32,000 nt of DNA from Pseudothioglobus sp. nBUS_23 (GTDB taxonomy: Bacteria > Pseudomonadota > Gammaproteobacteria > PS1 > Pseudothioglobaceae), in contig NZ_CP179200.1 in the NCBI RefSeq assembly GCF_051201565.1, positions 420,001-452,000 of the forward strand, written 5' to 3'. Shown here piece after piece: positions 17,475-26,756 of this stretch; the stretch's first letter is position 1; each line of letters opens with the position of its first letter. The notes under the pieces are model-generated. The model was not told the DNA's origin. It did no database searches and worked only from the letters and a program-made list of their open reading frames with translations. Made by a program: the position numbers and the translations under genes.

Positions 17475-18595
17475 TCAAGTTTTTGATAAAAACTTACTAT
17501 TCCTTCATAAATTGACTGAGCAATTTTTTGTTGTTGACTCTTGTTAGTCAAGCGTTTTTCTTGAGTAGGGTTTGATATAAAAGCAGTCTCAACTAATACA
17601 GAAGGAATAGAAGGCGACTTGAGGACAACAAAGTTAGCTTTTTGAGGTATTTTTTTGTGAATAGGACCAACTTTACTTAGTTGAGAAATTATTTCTTGAG
17701 CCAATTGAAATGATTGTTTTTCTTTATCTTTTCGAGAATAGTCAGTCAATATACTCTTTAAAAATTGATCATTGTCAATGACTTTCTCAACGCCACCAAA
17801 CTGATCAACCACGTTTTGCGAATCCTCGAGCTGCCTAGCAAGTTTACTATTATTCCCTTTTTCACTTAATATATATACAGAGGCTCCTTTTGCACTAACG
17901 CTCTCAACTGAATCGGCATGAATAGAAATAAACATCGATGCCTTTTGTTTTTGGGCTATGGTTAGTCTTTTTGTGAGGGGAATATAATAATCTCCTCCTC
18001 TACTTAGTACCGCATTAAAATCCCTATTTTTATTAATGATGGCTACAAGCTTTTTTGCTATTGCCAAATTTACATTTTTTTCTAGTGACTTATTTCTTCC
18101 TACCGCTCCAGAATCCTCGCCTCCATGACCGGCATCGACCAGAATAATTTGTTGGTTTTTTATCGAAGGCGGCTTGACTGGCTCTAAGATTTTTTTTGTA
18201 GGCTTTGGTTCTGAGTCAATAATATCTACTACCAGTCTATGATGTTTATATTTAGCGTTTGGGATGAGAGTAAAGTGCTTTACATTAAATTTACGATTGA
18301 TATGAACGATTAATTTGATGGTGCTTTTTTCGCGCTTAATTCTTACTTTTTGTATCCGATCGTCTTTAAAAAAAATATTTGAAAAGGTTTCAGATAGAAC
18401 TTCCGCATCATCAAAGCTAATAATGACATAATCATTAGAACTCTTAATATTGAAAAGAGTATCCTCTTCTTTATCGATAACTATTCGAGTATGGTCAGGC
18501 GCAGACCAATATCTAAAATCATAGAGTGTTGTTTTGTCTTCCCCAGAAGCAATAGATGAGAAAAAAATTAAAAGAAGACTTATCCAATTACGCAT
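17471..18595 (-). CDS. amiB: N-acetylmuramoyl-L-alanine amidase (AMIN domain + Amidase_3)
   Basis: 374 aa. Signal peptide MRNWISLLLIFFSSIASG. An AMIN-like N-domain. Zn-amidase motifs VDAGHGGEDSGAVG, ISIHADS and VLVETAFISNP. The tsaE-amiB linkage matches E. coli. Confidence 0.92.
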   Translation of the reverse strand: MRNWISLLLIFFSSIASGEDKTTLYDFRYWSAPDHTRIVIDKEEDTLFNIKSSNDYVIISFDDAEVLSETFSNIFFKDDRIQKVRIKREKSTIKLIVHINRKFNVKHFTLIPNAKYKHHRLVVDIIDSEPKPTKKILEPVKPPSIKNQQIILVDAGHGGEDSGAVGRNKSLEKNVNLAIAKKLVAIINKNRDFNAVLSRGGDYYIPLTKRLTIAQKQKASMFISIHADSVESVSAKGASVYILSEKGNNSKLARQLEDSQNVVDQFGGVEKVIDNDQFLKSILTDYSRKDKEKQSFQLAQEIISQLSKVGPIHKKIPQKANFVVLKSPSIPSVLVETAFISNPTQEKRLTNKSQQQKIAQSIYEGIVSFYQKLD

Positions 18596-19038
18596 TTTTG
18601 AATTGATCTGCCTAATTTAGATTCAAATAAAATTTGAGCTTCTCTAGAGTCTCCATTGCCGCTAAGTTTGATTGAAATATCAGCATTTGCTATTGATCCC
18701 TTTCCTAATTCTGGCCATTCAATTAACTGAAGACTATTTGATTTAAGATAATCTCGAATACCAATATATTCTAACTCTTCAGGATCAGTTAGTCGATAAC
18801 AATCAAAGTGGTGGATATCTGCTTGATCATTTTGGTATGATTCCACTAAAGTATAAGTTGGACTTTTGACCTTATCAAAGCCAAAATATCTTATAAAAAA
18901 TTGAGCAAAAGTAGTTTTTCCAACTCCTAAATCACCAACTAAATAGATTACGCAGGGAGATTTTATTTTAGAGCAGCACTCAGCAATTGTTTCTGCTAGC
19001 TCTTTAGTCTCATTAAGATTTTTTAATTTTAAATCCAA
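18580..19038 (-). CDS. tsaE: tRNA t6A37 biosynthesis ATPase TsaE (YjeE)
   Basis: 152 aa. Walker A GDLGVGKTTF and the HFDCYRL...IEWPE motifs. Confidence 0.93.
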   Translation of the reverse strand: MDLKLKNLNETKELAETIAECCSKIKSPCVIYLVGDLGVGKTTFAQFFIRYFGFDKVKSPTYTLVESYQNDQADIHHFDCYRLTDPEELEYIGIRDYLKSNSLQLIEWPELGKGSIANADISIKLSGNGDSREAQILFESKLGRSIQKCVIG

Positions 19039-19967
19039 ACTAATTGGTACAGATATGAGGCTAGAACTCCTAAAAGGATTATGCCCCCAAATCGGTTTAT
19101 TTTTAGTTTAAATGACAAGACTAGGATTAACAGAGTAAGAACAATCATATAAATAAAATCCCTATTCATTACCTCTTCAGGAATCTGAAAAGGTAGGATT
19201 AATCCCGGTATTGCTAGGACACCCAAAGTATTAAATAAATTAGATCCTATAATATTTCCGATGATCATTTGATGTTGTCTTTTTAAAGCACTGCTAATTG
19301 CGACAGCGAGCTCAGGGAGACTGGTTCCAAGAGCAACCACTGTTAACCCAATAATTAAATCACTCACTCCAAAAGCCAGGGCGAGATTAGTTCCGCCCCA
19401 AACAACAAGCCTTGCACTAGACACTAAAATGATAAGTGAGACTAATAGAAGAGTCCATATCCTTCCCTTACCTTGGTTATCAATTGATTCTTCTGAAACC
19501 TCTATTTCACTATTGTTTCCTTTTTTTGATTCACTAAAAACATAATAAAGAAATAGAAAAAGTAAGGCTAAAAGGGTCAATCCATCTAAAAAGCTCAAGA
19601 AGCCGTCCATCAGTAAAAAACCTGCAACTAAAGATGAAAGAAATAGAAAACCCCACTCTTTCTTCAAAACTGTCTTTTCAACTGTTACCGGATAAATAAT
19701 GGCAGTTACTCCAAGGACTAGACCTATATTGAAAATGTTAGAACCAAAAGCATTTCCAATGCTAAGTTCAGGATGCCCATCGAATGCTGCCAGACCCGAG
19801 ACTAACATTTCAGGTGCAGAAGTACCAAACCCAAAAATTAGTAGACCAATAATTAAAGGAGAAATATTAAAAATTCTAGCGATTTTAGCTCCATTTTCTG
19901 TGAAAGTATCTGCGCTCCATATGAGCAAACCAAAGCCAATTAAAAGAGATAAAATGGAAATTAACAT
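19029..19967 (-). CDS. yrbG: CaCA-family (YrbG-like) Na+/Ca2+ exchanger
   Basis: 312 aa, polytopic. The two alpha-repeat signatures are GFGTSAPEM and ALGTSLPEL. Confidence 0.88.
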   Translation of the reverse strand: MLISILSLLIGFGLLIWSADTFTENGAKIARIFNISPLIIGLLIFGFGTSAPEMLVSGLAAFDGHPELSIGNAFGSNIFNIGLVLGVTAIIYPVTVEKTVLKKEWGFLFLSSLVAGFLLMDGFLSFLDGLTLLALLFLFLYYVFSESKKGNNSEIEVSEESIDNQGKGRIWTLLLVSLIILVSSARLVVWGGTNLALAFGVSDLIIGLTVVALGTSLPELAVAISSALKRQHQMIIGNIIGSNLFNTLGVLAIPGLILPFQIPEEVMNRDFIYMIVLTLLILVLSFKLKINRFGGIILLGVLASYLYQLVWI

Positions 19968-20114
19968 ATTATTGTATTAATAAAATTTATTGACCATTAT
20001 AAAGTCAACCCAGTTTGAAATAAACAAACACTTGTGAAGTTATTCGATTGAAGTTGGACTATTCAAAAGAAATGAAAAGAAAAGTCTTTTACTAAATATA
20101 TTTATAATGCTAGC

Positions 20115-20843
20115 ATGCTACTGATTACTAGACCAATAGCGCAAACTAAAAACCTTGAATCACTTTTGTTAGCTAACGAAATTGATTTCGCTTTGTTTCC
20201 GACTTTTGAGATAAAAAAGCTTAAACCTATTTTTCATACACACCAATATGATGTCATTATTTTTATAAGTGTAAATGCGGTTAACTATGCTGAAGAATAT
20301 TTTGATCAATTGCTTCTTTCCCCTCTTAAAGTTTTTGCTGTTGGACCTGCTACAGCGAATCAACTCAAGAGAAAAAATATCAAAGTTGACTGTTACCCCA
20401 AGAAAAATGCTTCTAGTCAGGAGCTTTTAAAGATGAAAGAGTGTCTAATTTTGTCTAACAATAAAATCCTAATTATAAGAGGCAAGGGTGGCTCTGAAAC
20501 TTTGAAAAATACTTTGGGCATTAAAAATCAAGTTGATTATTTAGAAGTCTACGAGAGAGTTCAATGCGAATTAACATTTCAACATAGTCAGTCATTTGAG
20601 ACATTTATGAATTATTCTAATGGCGTTCTTATGGCCACTAGTGAACAGAGTCTTGTAAATATTATGCGTTTAGTTCATAGTATTTCTGTAGATTTTATTC
20701 AAATTCTCCTAACAAAAAAAATTATTGTTTTTAGTGAAAGGCTCAGAGTTCTTGCAAAGGATCATGGTTTCAAAAATATTGAGGTTACGGAAAATCCTTC
20801 AGACGAGGATTTAGTTAATCTTTTAGTTAATAAAAAGTCATAA
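20115..20843 (+). CDS. hemD: Uroporphyrinogen-III synthase
   Basis: 242 aa. HEM4-type pattern: MLLITRP..., FISVNAV, VFAVGPATA, ILIIRGKGG...L, YLEVYER. Confidence 0.8.
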   Translation: MLLITRPIAQTKNLESLLLANEIDFALFPTFEIKKLKPIFHTHQYDVIIFISVNAVNYAEEYFDQLLLSPLKVFAVGPATANQLKRKNIKVDCYPKKNASSQELLKMKECLILSNNKILIIRGKGGSETLKNTLGIKNQVDYLEVYERVQCELTFQHSQSFETFMNYSNGVLMATSEQSLVNIMRLVHSISVDFIQILLTKKIIVFSERLRVLAKDHGFKNIEVTENPSDEDLVNLLVNKKS

Positions 20844-20902
20844 AAAAATCCACAAATATAAATTGTTTGGGTAACATATACAAAACTATATCAGGAGTTC
20901 AG

Positions 20903-21358
20903 GTGATAAGATTTGGAATTTCATGGGTTGCACGCTTACTAGGTGTTAGTGGCTTCACCGTCCAACAACCTACAACTCGAGGCTCCCTCCAAGACCTAAA
21001 CATTTCTGAAAGAGTAATCCCATTTAATCCAAGCAATTTAGCTACTGATGATTCTTTATCGGATGGAAATGTTCGATCAGAAGCAACGCAACATCTGAAG
21101 CGTTTCCAAAATACTCAAACTAAACTAAATTCAGATTCACTGATCAATGAAGTTAGTAATGATGAAGATTTAGTTTCAGTCATTGCAACTCTTAAGTCTA
21201 AGCTCTATCAAGAGTCTATTAAGAGCAAACACTATACAAATGCGTTTAATGAACTTAATGATAGGCTTGTTGAACTTGAAAAAATCGTACAACCCGAAAA
21301 AAAGACAGATTTTCAAAAGCTTCAGGGCTGGGTTCATTCAAAAAGACACATCCACTAA
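20903..21358 (+). CDS. Hypothetical protein (151 aa from GTG 20903; 163 aa if TTG 20867), C-terminal coiled-coil-like segment
   Basis: An open frame with no internal ATG. GTG 20903 is preceded by AGGAG (20893-20897) at 5-nt spacing. I recognise no family motif. The C-terminus LVSVIATLKSKLYQESIKSKHYTNAFNELNDRLVELEKI is heptad-like. Confidence 0.5.
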   Translation: MIRFGISWVARLLGVSGFTVQQPTTRGSLQDLNISERVIPFNPSNLATDDSLSDGNVRSEATQHLKRFQNTQTKLNSDSLINEVSNDEDLVSVIATLKSKLYQESIKSKHYTNAFNELNDRLVELEKIVQPEKKTDFQKLQGWVHSKRHIH

Positions 21359-21440
21359 ATTTTCAATCGCGATTTAGTTTTTTTCTTGCCATATATGGGT
21401 TTTGTACCTATACCTAATGAAAAAAATAAAAGTATTTAGG

Positions 21441-21446
21441 TATAAT
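21441..21446 (+). promoter_or_regulatory. Putative -10 (TATAAT) for infA / tRNA-Leu
   Basis: A perfect TATAAT at 21441-21446, 35 nt upstream of the infA ATG. The -35 is poor (TGAAAA at 17-nt spacing). A flanking 7-bp inverted repeat TACCTAA/TTAGGTA overlaps it. Confidence 0.35.
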
Positions 21447-21480
21447 GCATTTTGGTTTTTAATTTATATCGAATGAATAT

Positions 21481-21699
21481 ATGTCAAAAAGTGATTACAT
21501 TGAACTAGAGGGCGTCGTAAAAGAGAAGTTACCCAACACAACATTTAAAGTTGAATTGGAGAATGGTCACAGCGTTCTTGCTCATATTTCTGGAAAGATT
21601 CGTAAACACTATATACGTATATTGCCTGGCGATAAGGTCACTGTTGAAATGACTCCTTATGATTTGACAAAAGGAAGAATTACTTTCAGACACAAATAA
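21481..21699 (+). CDS. infA: Translation initiation factor IF-1
   Basis: 72 aa. ...[66 protein letters not shown] is nearly invariant IF-1. Confidence 0.98.
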   Translation: MSKSDYIELEGVVKEKLPNTTFKVELENGHSVLAHISGKIRKHYIRILPGDKVTVEMTPYDLTKGRITFRHK

Positions 21700-21710
21700 A
21701 CCTAATTAAT

Positions 21711-21797
21711 GCCAGTGTGGTGGAATTGGTAGACACGCCGGATTCAAAATCCGGTTCCTTCACGGGAGTGACGGTTCGAGCCCGTCCACTGGTACCA
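21711..21797 (+). tRNA. tRNA-Leu (anticodon CAA), class II with long variable arm, CCA encoded
   Basis: Acceptor stem GCCAGTG/CACTGGT. Anticodon stem-loop CCGGA-TTCAAAA-TCCGG gives anticodon CAA. Variable arm TTCCTTCACGGGAGT. T-arm GACGG-TTCGAGC-CCGTC. Discriminator A followed by CCA. Confidence 0.95.
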
Positions 21798-21913
21798 AAT
21801 ATGAATTGAAAGATTATTCATATAATTGAATTTTGGGGTATCACTAGGATTAAAACTAATTATTTGATATTAAAATTTAAACCATAGAATCAATTTTTTT
21901 ATGGCTATCTATT

Positions 21914-22147
21914 ATGGACAATAATTTACTCAGTGAAGCAATCAACTTAACCCTTTTTGGGATGGGGTTTGTATTTGTATTTTTGGCTTTAATGGTGGTT
22001 TTGACTAGGTTTATGTCAGCTGCTGTCTTAAAAATCCAGCCTTTTGCACCCAGTAATTCTGTTGCACCAATCCAAACGGATAATTTAATAGATGAGGATA
22101 CAAAATCAATCATTAAGAAAGCAATTAAATTGCATACTGGAGCTTAA
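21914..22147 (+). CDS. oadG: Oxaloacetate decarboxylase gamma subunit
   Basis: 77 aa. A single N-terminal TM helix (LTLFGMGFVFVFLALMVVL). It sits directly upstream of oadA and oadB. Confidence 0.88.
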   Translation: MDNNLLSEAINLTLFGMGFVFVFLALMVVLTRFMSAAVLKIQPFAPSNSVAPIQTDNLIDEDTKSIIKKAIKLHTGA

Positions 22148-22150
22148 TAT

Positions 22151-23935
22151 ATGTCAAATGATGTCAACACACAACCCGTAGGAATTACTGAACTTGTTTT
22201 AAGAGATGGACACCAGTCACTTTTCGCAACTAGGATGAGAATTGATGATATGCTGCCCATTGCTGAAAAGATAGATAAAGTGGGGTATTGGTCAACGGAA
22301 TCATGGGGCGGTGCTACTTTTGATGCATGTATTCGTTTTTTGGGTGAAGACCCTTGGGATAGAATTAGAGAAATTAGCAAAGCGATGCCTAATACGCCGC
22401 AGCAGATGCTGCTTAGAGCACAGAATTTATTAGGCTATCGTCATTACGGTGACGACGTGGTAAGGAATTTTGTTGATCGTTGCGCAGAAAATGGTGTTGG
22501 CGTTTTACGCATTTTTGATGCAATGAACGATATGCGAAACCTAAAAACAGCGGTTGACCAAACGGTAAAAGTTGGTAAGCATGCTCAGGGCACTATTTCT
22601 TACACACTTAGTCCAGTTCACACTACAGAACTTTGGATTGATATGGCTAAGCAAATTGAAGATATGGGCGCTCATTCACTCTGTATTAAAGATATGGCTG
22701 GACTTCTTCAGCCTTATGTTGCCTATGACCTTGTGAAAAAACTGAAGAAGGCAATTGATATTCCTATACAGCTTCATGCCCATGCAACAACAGGCCTCTC
22801 AACAGCAACCTTAATTAAATCAATTGAGGCGGGCATTGATCGTGTAGATACATCAATTGCTTCGATGAGCATGACATATGGGCACTCTTCGACTAATGCA
22901 GTGGTCTCGATTTTGGATCATGGTCCTCGCAAAACTGGCATCGATATGGAGCAGTTAGAAGAGATTGATGCTTACTTTAGAAAGGTGCGTCCAAAATATG
23001 CCAAATTTGAAGGTTCATTGAAAGGTATTGATCCTCGTATATTGTTGGCTCAAGTGCCTGGTGGCATGTTAACAAATATGGAAAGCCAGCTTCGGGAGAA
23101 TAATGCTCTAGATAGACTCGATGAGGTATTAAAAGAGATCCCACGCGTAAGAGAAGATCTAGGTTATATTCCTCTTGTAACACCAACATCTCAGATTGTG
23201 GGTACTCAAGCTGTTATGAATGTTTTACTGGGTGAGCGTTATAAATCAATTGCAAAAGAGTCAGCAGGAATACTTAAGGGTGAATATGGCGCATCACCAG
23301 CGCCTGTCAATGCTGAACTTCAGGCCCGTGTGCTAGATGGTGGTGAGGCAATTACCTGTCGTCCAGCAGATAATATTGATCCAGAAATGGATACCTTGGA
23401 AGCAGAATTCGATTCAATCATTGCAGAAAAGGGTATCAAACTAGAAAATGAAAAAATTGATGATTTGTTAATTTACATTCTATTTCCGCAAGTGGGAATG
23501 CAGTTCTTAGAAAATCGAAATAATCCTGATTTCTTCGAGCCAGTTCCGCAGGCTCCAAGTGAAGGGCCTAAAGAAGATGGTGTTTATACAGTCAAACATA
23601 ATGGCCAAGAGTATGTTGTTGAAGTGAAATCTGGTGGAGATATTTCTTCAATCCAGGTTGCTGGACAGGCATCTGCAGTGCCTCAAGCATCAGCGCCTCA
23701 AGCAGCACCAACAGTAGTTAATGCTGAAGACATTCCAGCACCACTTGCTGGTAATATCTGGAAGGTTTTGGTTTCACCAAACCAACAAATTAACGAAGGA
23801 GACACGCTTGTTATTCTTGAGGCAATGAAAATGGAAACTGAAGTTAAAGCTGCTCGATCAGGTACAGTTGTAGCCGTCAATGTTAGTGAGGGTGATCAGG
23901 TTTCTGCTGGACAGGCAATAATTTCTTTAGCTTAA
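22151..23935 (+). CDS. oadA: Oxaloacetate decarboxylase alpha subunit (carboxyltransferase + biotin carrier)
   Basis: 594 aa. HMGL-like TIM barrel ([10 protein letters not shown]...). An Ala/Pro-rich linker. C-terminal biotinyl-lysine motif EAMKMET. Confidence 0.95.
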   Translation: MSNDVNTQPVGITELVLRDGHQSLFATRMRIDDMLPIAEKIDKVGYWSTESWGGATFDACIRFLGEDPWDRIREISKAMPNTPQQMLLRAQNLLGYRHYGDDVVRNFVDRCAENGVGVLRIFDAMNDMRNLKTAVDQTVKVGKHAQGTISYTLSPVHTTELWIDMAKQIEDMGAHSLCIKDMAGLLQPYVAYDLVKKLKKAIDIPIQLHAHATTGLSTATLIKSIEAGIDRVDTSIASMSMTYGHSSTNAVVSILDHGPRKTGIDMEQLEEIDAYFRKVRPKYAKFEGSLKGIDPRILLAQVPGGMLTNMESQLRENNALDRLDEVLKEIPRVREDLGYIPLVTPTSQIVGTQAVMNVLLGERYKSIAKESAGILKGEYGASPAPVNAELQARVLDGGEAITCRPADNIDPEMDTLEAEFDSIIAEKGIKLENEKIDDLLIYILFPQVGMQFLENRNNPDFFEPVPQAPSEGPKEDGVYTVKHNGQEYVVEVKSGGDISSIQVAGQASAVPQASAPQAAPTVVNAEDIPAPLAGNIWKVLVSPNQQINEGDTLVILEAMKMETEVKAARSGTVVAVNVSEGDQVSAGQAIISLA

Positions 23936-23941
23936 TCAATT

Positions 23942-25243
23942 ATGGAAAATTTATACACTCTGTTGGAAAACTCCGGGCTCTATCAGCTAGACTTTGGTTC
24001 TGGGGCGATGATATTAGTTGGTCTTCTGTTGTTGTACCTTGCAATCGTAAAAAAATTTGAACCCTTGCTTTTACTGCCAATTGGATTTGGTGCAATATTA
24101 AGTAATATCCCTGGTGCTGGGCTTGCTTTATCTGCTATGGGAAGTGCAATTTATGCAGCTGATCCTGAAGTTTTAAGTGCTTTGGCTAACAGCCTTAATT
24201 TGGCGAGTTGGAATACAGCTTCAGAGATTTATGATGCATTTAAAGAAAGTTCTGGTGCTCAGCACGCTTTGGCAATTCAAACTGTAAGTGATTTGGGATA
24301 TAGGGATGGAATGTTGTACACTTTTTATACTATTGCAATTGCTAGTGGGATAGCTCCTTTAATCATTTTTATGGGTGTTGGTGCGATGACAGACTTTGGA
24401 CCACTTTTGGCCAATCCCAAGACTTTACTTCTGGGAGCTGCAGCACAATTCGGTATTTTTGCAACATTGTTAGGTGCGATTGCGTTGACATCACTAGGTG
24501 TATTTGACTTTAGTCTAAAGCAAGCAGCAGCGATTGGTATTATTGGAGGTGCGGATGGACCAACCTCTATTTATGTTGCTTCAAAATTAGCTCCTGAATT
24601 GCTTGGTGCTATTGCAGTTGCCTCATACTCTTATATGGCACTAGTGCCACTCATTCAGCCGCCAATTATGAAGTTTTTTACGACAGAAAAAGAGCGTCAA
24701 ATACAAATGGTACAACTGCGTGAAGTGTCAAAGACTGAGAAAATTGTATTTCCAATCATGCTATTGTTGCTTGTTGGTTTATTGCTTCCTGATGCCGCCC
24801 CTCTTCTTGGAATGTTTGCTTTTGGAAATCTTATGAAAGAGTGTGGTGTGGTTGACCGTTTAAGTGATACAACGCAAAATGCTCTCATTAATATTGTGAC
24901 CATTTTTCTTGGACTGGCTGTTGGTTCTAAATTAATTGCAGCAGAGTTCTTAAAACTAGATACTTTAGGAATTTTATTATTAGGTATGGTTGCCTTTGCT
25001 ATCGGAACTATGAGCGGATTATTGATGGCGAAGTTGATGAATGTATTTAGCAAAACAAAAATCAACCCACTGATTGGTTCTGCTGGTGTTTCTGCAGTTC
25101 CAATGGCTGCTCGAGTTTCAAACAGAGTGGGTCTTGAATCTAACCCTCAAAACTTCTTATTGATGCACGCAATGGGTCCAAACGTCGCTGGTGTTATTGG
25201 ATCGGCAATCGCTGCAGGAATTATGATTCAGTTTTTAGCCTAG
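23942..25243 (+). CDS. oadB: Oxaloacetate decarboxylase beta subunit (Na+ pump)
   Basis: 433 aa, polytopic. OadB/GcdB/MmdB family patterns: [12 protein letters not shown] and [13 protein letters not shown]-like [15 protein letters not shown]. Confidence 0.95.
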   Translation: MENLYTLLENSGLYQLDFGSGAMILVGLLLLYLAIVKKFEPLLLLPIGFGAILSNIPGAGLALSAMGSAIYAADPEVLSALANSLNLASWNTASEIYDAFKESSGAQHALAIQTVSDLGYRDGMLYTFYTIAIASGIAPLIIFMGVGAMTDFGPLLANPKTLLLGAAAQFGIFATLLGAIALTSLGVFDFSLKQAAAIGIIGGADGPTSIYVASKLAPELLGAIAVASYSYMALVPLIQPPIMKFFTTEKERQIQMVQLREVSKTEKIVFPIMLLLLVGLLLPDAAPLLGMFAFGNLMKECGVVDRLSDTTQNALINIVTIFLGLAVGSKLIAAEFLKLDTLGILLLGMVAFAIGTMSGLLMAKLMNVFSKTKINPLIGSAGVSAVPMAARVSNRVGLESNPQNFLLMHAMGPNVAGVIGSAIAAGIMIQFLA

Positions 25244-25255
25244 ATTCAGAGCTCT

Positions 25256-26101
25256 TTATTTATCAATCAGCGGTGCATTCATTTTTTTAGGGATACTGAG
25301 CCCCAGTATTGACAAAATACTGGGAGCTACCGAAAGTTGAGAGACTTCTTTGCTCCCTACACCTGGTATTGGATGACCAATGTCATAAAAAGGCGTCCAT
25401 CTTTCAATTTCACTGCTACCACCATGATTACCAGAGTCCGTAAATCCATGATCTGATGTAATTAAAATTCGGTATCCTTTCTCGATCCAAAAAGGAATAT
25501 GTTGAGCTAATTGATCGTTCACTTGCCATGCTTGCTTTGCGTATTCGAGTGAGTTTCCTCCAAATTTGTGACCAATAGAATCACAACTGCAAGAATGAAT
25601 CATTAGATAGTGGGGCTCATATCGACTAACCAACATACTCGCTTGATTCATTAAATCATGATCTGATGGTAATGCAATATTAAATGCTGAATAACCATTC
25701 TCTGAATAAAAACGTCCATGCTGTATAGCTTGATCAGGATCATTAACCTCTTGATCTCTAATCGGAATATAAGGATCTTCATTATACAAAGTGGAAAAAA
25801 AGGAGTGCGCGGCAGCAGCTGTTACTAATCCGCTAGCCTTAGCAATTGCGAAGATATTTTTAAATTTAGATTTACGAAGATTGTCGTTAGAAGTTATGCC
25901 ATGCTCCAAAGGTTCAAGTCCTGTATGAAGCGTTTCATAGATTGGTGCAGATAAGGTAGGCAAAACTGCAATCATTTTCATTCTTCGTGCCTTTTTTGAC
26001 TCCACAAGTGCTTCTAAATAACCACACTGTTCAATTGCAGTCTGATACTTTAGTCCATCGATTATGACAAGAATTACTTTATCTTTCATTAAGGCTGCCA
26101 T
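25256..26101 (-). CDS. Alkaline-phosphatase-superfamily phosphodiesterase / nucleotide pyrophosphatase (NPP type), no signal peptide
   Basis: 281 aa. Metal/nucleophile motifs are arranged as in NPP enzymes: VIIDGL (Asp), LPTLSAPIYETLHTG (cf. PTxTxPNHxTxxTG), CDSIGHKFG (DxxGH) and TSDHGF. The start overlaps the 3' end of lolD by 23 nt, or by 11 nt if translation starts at Met5. Confidence 0.75.
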   Translation of the reverse strand: MAALMKDKVILVIIDGLKYQTAIEQCGYLEALVESKKARRMKMIAVLPTLSAPIYETLHTGLEPLEHGITSNDNLRKSKFKNIFAIAKASGLVTAAAAHSFFSTLYNEDPYIPIRDQEVNDPDQAIQHGRFYSENGYSAFNIALPSDHDLMNQASMLVSRYEPHYLMIHSCSCDSIGHKFGGNSLEYAKQAWQVNDQLAQHIPFWIEKGYRILITSDHGFTDSGNHGGSSEIERWTPFYDIGHPIPGVGSKEVSQLSVAPSILSILGLSIPKKMNAPLIDK

Positions 26102-26756
26102 CAGTTAAATCGAATCGTCTTGACATCTTATTGGCTATAGAAAGGTCATGGGTAACTATCAAAAGCGCTGTATTTTGATTGTTATTAAGTTCGATAATCA
26201 AATCCAATACATCTCGAGCATTTTTTTCATCTAAATTACCAGTAGGTTCATCAGCTAAAAGACAGGCAGGCTCTGTAATCATTGCTCTTGCAATAGCAAC
26301 TCTCTGTCTCTCACCACCAGAAAGTTCAGAGGGTTTATGGGTGATACGATTTTCTAATCCAACTTTTTTTAAGATATTTTCAGCTTTTTTTAGTGCTTCA
26401 TTTTTATCAACATCATTAATAAGAAGAGGGAGAGCGGTATTGTAGATTGCTGAAAAATCTTTAAGCAAGTGATGAAATTGATAAACAAAGCCAAGATTTT
26501 TTGCTCTAAGTTCTGTTCTTTGGCGTTCTTTTAGATTAGAGATGTTAATGTTATTTATGAGTACTTCGCCTTCTGATGGTGTATCAAGACCAGCCATTAA
26601 ATTAAGGAGAGTGGATTTACCGCAGCCTGACTGACCTACGATCGCTATTTTTTCATTAGTTTCAACTTTAAAGTTTAAATTATTAAGTACAGATGTCTTA
26701 GAATCTCCATCACCATAATTAAAACATAAGGACCGACACTCGATAATATCACTCAT
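26079..26756 (-). CDS. lolD: Lipoprotein-releasing system ATP-binding protein LolD
   Basis: 225 aa. Walker A GQSGCGKST, signature LSGGERQR, Walker B LLADEPTGNLD. The LolD-motif region is GFVYQFHHLLKDFSAIYN. Confidence 0.93.
   Translation of the reverse strand: MSDIIECRSLCFNYGDGDSKTSVLNNLNFKVETNEKIAIVGQSGCGKSTLLNLMAGLDTPSEGEVLINNINISNLKERQRTELRAKNLGFVYQFHHLLKDFSAIYNTALPLLINDVDKNEALKKAENILKKVGLENRITHKPSELSGGERQRVAIARAMITEPACLLADEPTGNLDEKNARDVLDLIIELNNNQNTALLIVTHDLSIANKMSRRFDLTDGSLNER

Noticed and set aside
19699-19980. 93-aa plus-strand ORF opposite yrbG; also 26179-26445, 27461-27661, 29112-29399, 30035-30220, 30353-30586, 17126-17329, 20169-20363, 21877-22113 and 158-439
   Set aside because: All are antisense or alternate-frame shadows of well-supported genes.
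21365-21374. Palindrome AATCGCGATT followed by a T-tract as a terminator for the orphan ORF
   Set aside because: It is a perfect palindrome with no loop nucleotides. A realistic hairpin would retain only about 3 bp of stem, which is not a credible intrinsic terminator.
21183-21377. 64-aa plus-strand ORF overlapping the 3' end of the hypothetical gene in another frame
   Set aside because: It is shorter than the 20903-21358 frame, has no RBS, and is lysine/leucine-rich, which is typical of an AT-rich off-frame.
21711-21913. tRNA-Leu(CAA) as an integration hotspot, with oadGAB as island cargo
   Set aside because: I found no repeat of the tRNA 3' end downstream and no integrase. oadGAB is a normal chromosomal operon in marine gammaproteobacteria. 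The AT-only hairpin at 21799-21823 (ATATGAAT/ATTCATAT) is too weak to call as a terminator or an att site.
24697-25065. 122-aa antisense ORF inside oadB, the longest unassigned ORF in the track; also 22144-22380, 22977-23189 and 23698-23880 antisense to oadA
   Set aside because: It lies opposite a highly conserved membrane-pump gene. Its amino-acid composition is typical of the reverse complement of a hydrophobic CDS, and it has no start context or motif.
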